Virus record (IMG/VR): IMGVR_UViG_3300017766_000902
Coordinates: 1 to 24,813 of that record
Source of the DNA: a virus
Taxonomy: Duplodnaviria; Caudoviricetes
Length of the DNA stretch: 24,813 nucleotides
Direction: 5' to 3' (one strand)
The position numbers and the translations under genes are program-made. Every line of letters starts with the position of its first letter. Position 1 is the first letter of the stretch. This document shows positions 16,889 through 23,364 of the stretch, one piece after another. The notes under the pieces are model-generated. The model had not been told where the DNA came from and did no database searches. It worked only from the letters and a program-made list of their open reading frames with translations.

Positions 16889-17925
16889 AAGCCGTCACCT
16901 GCCAAGCTGATCTCGATCACGCGCTGCGCACCATTGCGCCAGCCGTTGGTCACCGCAGCAGCCATCCGATCCTTGATTGCTGCCCGATCCAATCCGCTGG
17001 TGGCGCCATGACCATCACCGGCTTCAACCTTGACCTCGGCATCACCGTCACCATTCCGGCCGCAGTGGAGACCGATGGCGCTGTAGCGCTGCCGTATCGG
17101 CTGCTGGCTGGCCTTGTGAGCCGCTTTGACGGCGATGAGGCTCTGACCCTCGCAGATGGCGCTCTGACCGCTTCTGCGGGCTCCTACGGGCTTGCAGCGG
17201 CCGATGCGGCGGATTACCCCGCGCTGCCGGTTGTGGACGCTGCTACAAGCGAGCTGCACCTATCCGCCGGCATCCGCGCCTGCATGGCAGCTGCCAGCAC
17301 CGACGCCAGCAAGCAGATGCTCCAAGGCATCCACCTCGGCAACGGCCACATGGAAGCCACTGACGGGCATCGCTTGATGCGTTATGCCATTGACCTGCCA
17401 GATGGCCTAGACCTCGTGCTACCAGCCAGCACCATGCGCCTGCTGCAGGATCGCGTGGTCACCATCGCCGTTGCCAAAGGCCAAGCCGTGATTGACGCAG
17501 GTGATGGAGTCATGGTGTACTCGCGCATTATGGATGGCACCTACCCAGACGTGGCCAAGCTGGTACCCGCTGAGTTCAAAAGCACCATCACGGCCGACCG
17601 TCGCCGCTTGACCCGTGCCTTGGAGCGTGTCGCCATCATTGCCGATGCGCACAACTCCGTGGTGAAGCTGGAAGCCGTAGGTGGCACCATTGCCATCACT
17701 GCTGAATCAGACGCCAACAACGGCAAGGAGCTGCTCAAGGTGGAAGGCACCGCCAATGGTGCGTGGGCATTCAACGTCCACTACCTGCTAGACGGCATCA
17801 AGGCCTTCAAGCCCGCAGAAGCCATCACGCTGCACGCCAATACGGCAACCACACCCGTGGTACTGACACCTAGTGGCGTGGACGGTGTAACTTATCTAGT
17901 AATGCCTGTGCAAATTAAGGGCTAA
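16885..17925 (+). CDS. dnaN: DNA polymerase III beta sliding clamp
   Basis: HPILDC, TGFNLDLGI, DYPALP, ATDGHRL, SRIMDGTYPD, AFNVHYLLD, YLVMPVQ. Confidence 0.92.
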   Translation: MKAVTCQADLDHALRTIAPAVGHRSSHPILDCCPIQSAGGAMTITGFNLDLGITVTIPAAVETDGAVALPYRLLAGLVSRFDGDEALTLADGALTASAGSYGLAAADAADYPALPVVDAATSELHLSAGIRACMAAASTDASKQMLQGIHLGNGHMEATDGHRLMRYAIDLPDGLDLVLPASTMRLLQDRVVTIAVAKGQAVIDAGDGVMVYSRIMDGTYPDVAKLVPAEFKSTITADRRRLTRALERVAIIADAHNSVVKLEAVGGTIAITAESDANNGKELLKVEGTANGAWAFNVHYLLDGIKAFKPAEAITLHANTATTPVVLTPSGVDGVTYLVMPVQIKG

Positions 17926-17928
17926 TAG

Positions 17929-18252
17929 GTGGCAAAGAAGAGCACCAACACGGAGATCGACGAACGGGTCAACACCGTTTACGATCTCCTGTTGCGTGCT
18001 CATAGCAGGACGCAAATCGTTCGCTACTGTTCGGAGAACTGGGATGTAGGCGAGCGTCAGGCAGAGAATTACATGTCTCGCGCTCGCCAACTCATGGCAT
18101 TGGATGCAGAGCTAGAGCGGCCGCAGTGGCTAGCTGCTGCTGTCGCTCGCCTGCAAGATTACGAACGTGAAGCACGCGCTAAGGGGAACCTCAGCATTGC
18201 AATTAAAGCGCTAGAAGATCAGGCCAAGCTGTTGCGGTTTGAGATGTCATGA
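17929..18252 (+). CDS. terS: putative terminase small subunit
   Basis: HTH-like helical 107 aa ORF coupled (ATGA) directly upstream of TerL. Confidence 0.65.
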   Translation: MAKKSTNTEIDERVNTVYDLLLRAHSRTQIVRYCSENWDVGERQAENYMSRARQLMALDAELERPQWLAAAVARLQDYEREARAKGNLSIAIKALEDQAKLLRFEMS

Positions 18253-19598
18253 GCTTGCTTGCCGGCATCTGCCAACCCGGCAGCTTGCTTGGGTTTATGG
18301 ATGTCGCAACGCAAGAGGACACGGGCGATCTGCTGCAACGCATCCGCGCTGACCTGCACCCTGGCCAGCTTGCGTTTGTGGATGACAGTGACACGCAGAT
18401 CCTTGGCATCTCAGCTGGTTATGGCGCCGGCAAGACACGTGCGCTGTGCGCTAAGGCGGTGATGCTGGCCGCGGCCAATCAGGGCTTCATCGGCGCAGTA
18501 ATGGAGCCGACTGGCCCATTGATCCGCGATATTTGGCAGAACGACTTCGAGAACTTCCTAGAGGCGTATGAGATCCCCTACACCTTCAGGGCGAGCCCGT
18601 TGCCTGAATACATGCTGCACCTGCCAGGCGGTGACACCAAGATCCTGTGCCGCAGCTTCGAGAACTGGTCACGCATCATCGGCTTGAACCTTGCCTGGGT
18701 GCTGGCCGATGAGATCGACACAGTGACGCCCAGCATTGCCAATAAGGCATTCCCCAAGATCCTTGGCCGCTTGCGCTCCGGCAACGTGCGGCAGTTTGGC
18801 GCTGCATCCACACCAGAAGGCTTTCGCTGGATGTGGAACACCTTCGGCAGTGAGGACGCCAAAGGGCGTGCGGATCGCAAGCTCATCAAGATGCGGTCAG
18901 CAGACAACCCGCACCTGCCGCCGGACTTTATCGAGCGACTGGAAGCCAACTACGATCCCAACCTGCTGCGGGCCTACCTAGACGGTGAGTTCGTCAACCT
19001 CACCACTGGCACCATCTATGACCGCTTCAGCCGCGACAAGCACGTGGTGGTTGAGCTGCCAGACCTAGACCGCGAGCCGCTGCGCATTGGCGTTGATTTC
19101 AACGTTGGCAACATGTCCGCCGTGATCGGCATCCGCACTGGCAGCAGCCTGCTACTGATTGATGAGATCAGCGGCGCCCATGACACCGATGCATTGGCGC
19201 AAGAGATCCAGGCGCGTTACCCGCAGCGGCGTATCTACATCTACCCAGATGCCAGCGGCGGCAACCGCAGCACCAACGCAAGCCAGACCGATATCCAGAT
19301 CCTGGAGTCCTACGGCATGTCAAACCAGTCGCCACGTGCAAATCCTCCCGTCCGTGATCGCGTGGCTGCTGTTCAGGCTTTGCTGGAGAACGGCAAGGGC
19401 CAGGTCAGGCTCACCATCCACCAGCGCTGCAAGCGACTGATCGAATGCTTAGAACTGCAGTGCTACACCGACAAGGGCGACCCCGACAAGGATGCCGGCC
19501 ATGATCACATGAATGATGCGCTCGGCTACTTGGTCTGGCGTGAGTTCAACCCATTGCACGCAGGTGCTGGCCGATCTACAGGCATCAGGCTATATTGA
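18249..19598 (+). CDS. terL: terminase large subunit
   Basis: AGYGAGKT, LADEID, ASTPEG, DNPHLP, IGVDFN, YPDASG, DHMNDALGY. Confidence 0.93.
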   Translation: MSLLAGICQPGSLLGFMDVATQEDTGDLLQRIRADLHPGQLAFVDDSDTQILGISAGYGAGKTRALCAKAVMLAAANQGFIGAVMEPTGPLIRDIWQNDFENFLEAYEIPYTFRASPLPEYMLHLPGGDTKILCRSFENWSRIIGLNLAWVLADEIDTVTPSIANKAFPKILGRLRSGNVRQFGAASTPEGFRWMWNTFGSEDAKGRADRKLIKMRSADNPHLPPDFIERLEANYDPNLLRAYLDGEFVNLTTGTIYDRFSRDKHVVVELPDLDREPLRIGVDFNVGNMSAVIGIRTGSSLLLIDEISGAHDTDALAQEIQARYPQRRIYIYPDASGGNRSTNASQTDIQILESYGMSNQSPRANPPVRDRVAAVQALLENGKGQVRLTIHQRCKRLIECLELQCYTDKGDPDKDAGHDHMNDALGYLVWREFNPLHAGAGRSTGIRLY

Positions 19599-19622
19599 TT
19601 CCGCTAATCATTAACTCTACCC

Positions 19623-19946
19623 ATGCTCAAGGGCGTCGAACTACTCGCCAAGGTCAAAGAACTGGGCAATGCGCCTAAGTCCGAACTGGTGCGCGCTTGC
19701 GGCTACGTCATCAAGGATCGCGTGGCATTCACGCAGTTCTATGAAGCGCTGCTGGAAGCCAAAGGCGTTGATCTAGGCAGCAAGACAGCAAAGCGTGGCC
19801 GCGGCCTGACCTATAAGGCAAAGGTGCAATTCAACGGCAAGCTGCAAATCGGTGATGGCTACTTGCGCGAGATGGGTTACGAGCCCGGCGCTGAGTTTGA
19901 CATCAAGATTGGCCGCAATAGCATCACGCTGACTGCTGCTGCCTGA
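19623..19946 (+). CDS. cyanobacterial AbrB-like transcriptional regulator
   Basis: MLKGVELLAKVKEL...KSELVRACGY...FYEALLEAKG...RGRGLTYKAKVQFNGKLQIG..YL..MG..PG.EFDIK. Confidence 0.88.
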   Translation: MLKGVELLAKVKELGNAPKSELVRACGYVIKDRVAFTQFYEALLEAKGVDLGSKTAKRGRGLTYKAKVQFNGKLQIGDGYLREMGYEPGAEFDIKIGRNSITLTAAA

Positions 19947-20070
19947 GCGCAGCTTCAATGATGAACGAGCCAAGGCTTGAGACGGTGCGACCCTCGGCCT
20001 TGGCTTTTTGCTTGAGAAGCGCTGCTACCGCTACTGGCAGCACCACTTGGACTCGGACACCTTGCGCCAT
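19924..20070 (-). CDS. ribbon-helix-helix (Arc-like) regulator, 48 aa
   Basis: MAQGVRVQVVLPVAVAALLKQKAKAEGRTVSSLGSFIIEAAL; divergent from HNH-RAMP operon. Confidence 0.75.
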   Translation of the reverse strand: MAQGVRVQVVLPVAVAALLKQKAKAEGRTVSSLGSFIIEAALRQQQSA

Positions 20071-20132
20071 GCTCTGATCGTGGTATGATTTGCGGAGGAT
20101 CGAACCCGATCCGCGCACACCGTACCGCAAAT
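20062..20132 (+). promoter_or_regulatory. promoter/leader of HNH-RAMP-array operon (TTGCGC-16-TATGAT, extended TG) with inverted repeats
   Basis: TGGTATGAT at 20081-20089; ATTTGCGG (20088-95) and CCGCAAAT (20125-32); inner hairpin GGATCG-AACC-CGATCC (20097-20112). Confidence 0.55.
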
Positions 20133-20610
20133 GGAGGCGTATTACCAATCAGCAGCATGGCAACGCAAGCGCCAGCAGCGCCTTGACCACGATCAACACA
20201 CCTGCCAAGGCTGCGGCATCACTGCCGCGCAACTAGCAGAGCTGGGCTGGCCATCACTGCAGGTTCACCACAAGAACGCTGGACCGCCGGACTACCGTTA
20301 CCCATCGTTTGGCAACGAGCAACTTACGGATCTTTTGACCCTGTGCTCTATTTGCCACGACGGCATTACCAATTCAGTCAGGCAACAGCGTTTCAAGTTG
20401 GATCCACGCAAGCAAGTGGCATCGGTCAGCGTCGCAGCGCCATCACTTTCTGTTCCATCATCAACAAACCAACGTGTCCAACCTCAATACGATCCAGATC
20501 ACAATTTTGGGCGAGTCTCCATTGCTGTGCCACAACGGGCAAACAGCCGATCCGCGAAATACCTACGCCAAGGCGATGAAGGCGGTCAGCAGCAAGCGGA
20601 AGAAAACTGA
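20131..20610 (+). CDS. HNH endonuclease
   Basis: YYQSAAWQRKRQQRL..D..TCQGCG...LQVHH...E...DLLTLCSICHD; C-terminal 45 codons overlap next gene. Confidence 0.85.
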   Translation: MEAYYQSAAWQRKRQQRLDHDQHTCQGCGITAAQLAELGWPSLQVHHKNAGPPDYRYPSFGNEQLTDLLTLCSICHDGITNSVRQQRFKLDPRKQVASVSVAAPSLSVPSSTNQRVQPQYDPDHNFGRVSIAVPQRANSRSAKYLRQGDEGGQQQAEEN

Positions 20611-21070
20611 CGCTGATTACGACGAGATGGCAAGGCTTGAATGGCTTGCTGGGCTCTACCGCTTTCGTGATGAGCTGGTCATTCCCGACTACATGCTTGA
20701 AGCCGTGTTTATCAACGGCGCTAAGAAGTCAAAGCGCGGGCCACAAGCTAAGTGCGGCATGTTCTTTACTGAGCACGCACCGCTTGAGTTTCCGGGCAAG
20801 CCCACTGAGATCAACGACGACACGCTTAGCGAAATGTTTGCTAGCGGTGAGTTCACTCATACGGTTGGCGTCAAGGTTGGCATGGCCAAGGTCATGCGCA
20901 CGCGCCCGATGTTTCGCAACTGGAGCCTGAAAGCAACTGCGCAGTTTGATCCTGATGTGCTCAACCTGCGCGACATTGAAGAGATCGCTATTGATGCTGG
21001 CAAGCTGGTTGGCCTGGGCGACTGGCGACCCAAGCATGGACGGTTCACTGCTGGCATCCAAGTGGTGTAA
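20474..21070 (+). CDS. stand-alone RAMP/Cas7-like RNA-binding protein (Vipr-like)
   Basis: N-terminal strand IQITILGESPLL.H, VIP...L...F..GA helix, thumb-like VKVGMAKVMRTRP, C-terminal Gly-rich loop GLGDWRPKHGRF; non-coding array starts right after the stop. Confidence 0.75.
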   Translation: MSNLNTIQITILGESPLLCHNGQTADPRNTYAKAMKAVSSKRKKTDADYDEMARLEWLAGLYRFRDELVIPDYMLEAVFINGAKKSKRGPQAKCGMFFTEHAPLEFPGKPTEINDDTLSEMFASGEFTHTVGVKVGMAKVMRTRPMFRNWSLKATAQFDPDVLNLRDIEEIAIDAGKLVGLGDWRPKHGRFTAGIQVV

Positions 21071-21075
21071 GTCCA

Positions 21076-21671
21076 GATGTGGCGATGCCTGGCTTGGAAT
21101 GGTGAGTAGAGGCGGGGCGAGTTAAGACAAGGTGCGGCGATGTCAGCACTGAGGGCGAAAGCCCTCTCTGCTGCCTTCATTGGGCAGACTTGGTTTGCTT
21201 TAATGCCTAGCGGTTCGGCATGGTTGAGTTGGACTCGGAATGGTGAGCAAGGGTTTGCAATGGCAAGGGCTGACGATCTCAGCGCTGAGGGCTTCGGCCC
21301 TCTCCGCTGGGTTCTTAGGAATCCAGATTTGGCGGATCACGGTCTGATGCGGTCTGGTCGGCAGAGGTCTGGTCAGCAGAGGTGAGGTGGGGCAATTGCT
21401 GCAGACGGCAGCACTGGGAGCTTCGGCTCCCTCTGCTGCTCTCTTTGGAGAGTAGATGGGGATTGGCAGGATTGGGATGGGTCTGACAAGCTCGGTTGCA
21501 ACGCGGTGCGGTGCGGTGCGGTAAGGACTGCAGACGGCAGTACGGAGGGTTCACCCTCCCTACTGTTCTCTCGGGAACAGGTTTGGCCTGGTGGTACAAA
21601 GTGAGTTCTGTTAATGCGTGGCTGGGCACGGCTAGCCGAGGCTCTCAAGGGTTTGGGTAACACCAAACCCT
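21076..21671 (+). ncRNA. five-unit guide-RNA-like array of (GGY-NN)n pentamer tracts each closed by hairpins
   Basis: Tracts 21076-21140, 21187-21276, 21326-21395, 21455-21529, 21580-21644 (42 of 73 in-phase pentamers begin GG); hairpins 21144-21173, 21280-21309, 21408-21439, 21537-21566, 21648-21671. Confidence 0.85.
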
Positions 21672-21698
21672 CTAAACTTTGCCTATTGATGGCGTGTC

Positions 21699-23144
21699 AT
21701 GTATTCAGGCTTTGGTTTCTACGATCGACCTATTGCGCAACGCAAGGTAACGCGCGTCCAAGATCCAAGTACGCCTTGGTACGCGATGGAACCGCACTGG
21801 ATCCTGATTGAGGATCTATTGCAAGGCACTTATCAAATGCGCAAGCGCCATAGGCGCTATCTGCCGCAAGAGCCAAGGGAGTTAGATGAGTCCTACGACA
21901 ACCGCTTGGCACGCAGTGTTTGCCCGCCGTTCTATCAGCGTCTAGAACGGATGCTGGCAGGGATGCTCACCCGTAAGCCGGTAAGGCTTGACGATACGGC
22001 GGATGTGATCCGCGAGCAGCTTTTTGACGTAAACCTTTTGGGAGATGATTTAAATGTCTGGACATTTGAAGCCACACGCAAGATGGTCCGTTATGGCCAC
22101 GTTGGTGTACTGGTGGATGCACCTGCTGATGGGGGTAGACCCTACTGGGTGACATACACACCACGGCAGATTCTTGGCTGGCGTGGTGAGCAGCAAGAAG
22201 GCCGGCAAGTGCTAACGCAGTTGCGGCTAGCCGAGACGGTCACCGTGCCTGATGGTGAGTTCGGCGAGAAGGCAGTCGAGCAAATCCGGGTGCTGACGCC
22301 AGGTGAGTTTCAACTGCACCAAAAGCAAGACAACGGCGACTTTAAGGTTGTCGACGAAGGCCGCACAAGCCTTTCTGAGATTCCCTTCTCAGTTGCCTAT
22401 GCGCAGCGCCATGGCTTTATGGAGTCACGTCCGCCGTTGGAAGACATCGCTGAGCTGAATCTCAAGGCATATCAGATCCAGAGCGATCTCGATAACCAAC
22501 TTCACATCAGCGCTGTGCCGATGCTGGCGTTTTATGGCTTCCCATCTGCAGCAGAGGAAGTTAGCGCTGGACCTGGCGAGGCGATCGCATTCCCTGCTGA
22601 TGGCCGCGCTGAATACATTGAACCTGCCGGCCGCAGCTTTGATTATCAGTTCCGCAGGCTTGAGCAGCTTGCACTGCAGATCAACGAGTTAGGCCTGTCG
22701 GCAGTGCTGGGCCAGAAGCTATCGGCTGAAACTGCTGAGGCAAAGCGCATTGATCGCAGCCAAGGCGACAGCACCATGATGGTGATTGCACAAAACGTGC
22801 AGGATATGATCGACAACTGCTTGCAGTTCCATGCGCAGTACATCGGCAACAACACATCTCCTGGCAGCAGCTATGTCAACCGTGACTTCCTCGGCACACG
22901 CCTTGAACCGCAGGAGATTCAAGCGCTGCTGCAGCTTTACACCGCAGGCACCATCACGCAAGAAACCTTACTGCGTGAGCTTGCCGAAGGCGATGTACTA
23001 GGCGACGACTTTAACGTGGATGAGGAGCTTGAAGCTACGGCCAATGCGGGGCTTGATCTACAACCTGCTGGATTGGGTGACCGACCGCTTAGTGGACCTG
23101 ATGATCTGGATGGAACCGAGGAAACCGAGGAGGCAAGAGCTTGA
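21699..23144 (+). CDS. portal protein (DUF4055 family)
   Basis: YLPQEPRELDESYDNRLARS, RMLAGMLTRKP, YGHVGVLVDAP, RPPLEDIAELNL..YQ..SD, ETAEAKRID; follows TerL. Confidence 0.88.
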   Translation: MYSGFGFYDRPIAQRKVTRVQDPSTPWYAMEPHWILIEDLLQGTYQMRKRHRRYLPQEPRELDESYDNRLARSVCPPFYQRLERMLAGMLTRKPVRLDDTADVIREQLFDVNLLGDDLNVWTFEATRKMVRYGHVGVLVDAPADGGRPYWVTYTPRQILGWRGEQQEGRQVLTQLRLAETVTVPDGEFGEKAVEQIRVLTPGEFQLHQKQDNGDFKVVDEGRTSLSEIPFSVAYAQRHGFMESRPPLEDIAELNLKAYQIQSDLDNQLHISAVPMLAFYGFPSAAEEVSAGPGEAIAFPADGRAEYIEPAGRSFDYQFRRLEQLALQINELGLSAVLGQKLSAETAEAKRIDRSQGDSTMMVIAQNVQDMIDNCLQFHAQYIGNNTSPGSSYVNRDFLGTRLEPQEIQALLQLYTAGTITQETLLRELAEGDVLGDDFNVDEELEATANAGLDLQPAGLGDRPLSGPDDLDGTEETEEARA

Positions 23145-23364
23145 TTATCACATCAGCGCCTTGCCGGAACAGGTCTTAGCCATCGTGCGCATCAGCTGGT
23201 ACAAGGAAGGCAAACCAGATGAAATTGACGAAACAATCCTGTACGAAGACGGCCAAAATGGTTACGACGCATTCGCTGCATTGGTCACTACTGCATTGAA
23301 CCGCGGCGCTAATGTCAGCATCCGCAGCGGCTATCAACCGGAAGATCTTGGCATTGAACGATGA
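23101..23364 (+). CDS. hypothetical protein (start uncertain, ORF open from 23020)
   Basis: ORF between portal and minor head gene, ATGA-coupled to the latter. Confidence 0.6.
   Translation: MIWMEPRKPRRQELDYHISALPEQVLAIVRISWYKEGKPDEIDETILYEDGQNGYDAFAALVTTALNRGANVSIRSGYQPEDLGIER

Noticed and set aside
18124-18168. Guide 4 reverse complement versus terS segment WLAAAVARL
   Set aside because: The match covers only the low-complexity GC.GC.GC part and collapses over the remaining dinucleotides
2987-19598. Numerous antisense and alternate-frame ORFs in the track (e.g. 3323..3763, 5686..6081, 8552..9076, 16840..17259)
   Set aside because: Shadow ORFs of well-supported genes in GC-rich DNA, with no motifs
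21144-21566. Array hairpins as rho-independent terminators
   Set aside because: They lack U-tracts and recur in fixed register with the pentamer tracts
21076-21671. Canonical CRISPR array or simple microsatellite
   Set aside because: There are no identical direct repeats with unique spacers. The variable parts are themselves 5-nt periodic and the conserved parts are covarying hairpins. Only GGTGC x3 is a perfect tandem.
21140-21811. ORFs 21140..21385, 21315..21629, 21373..21666 and 21614..21811
   Set aside because: Low-complexity translations with no recognisable motifs, better explained by the RNA array
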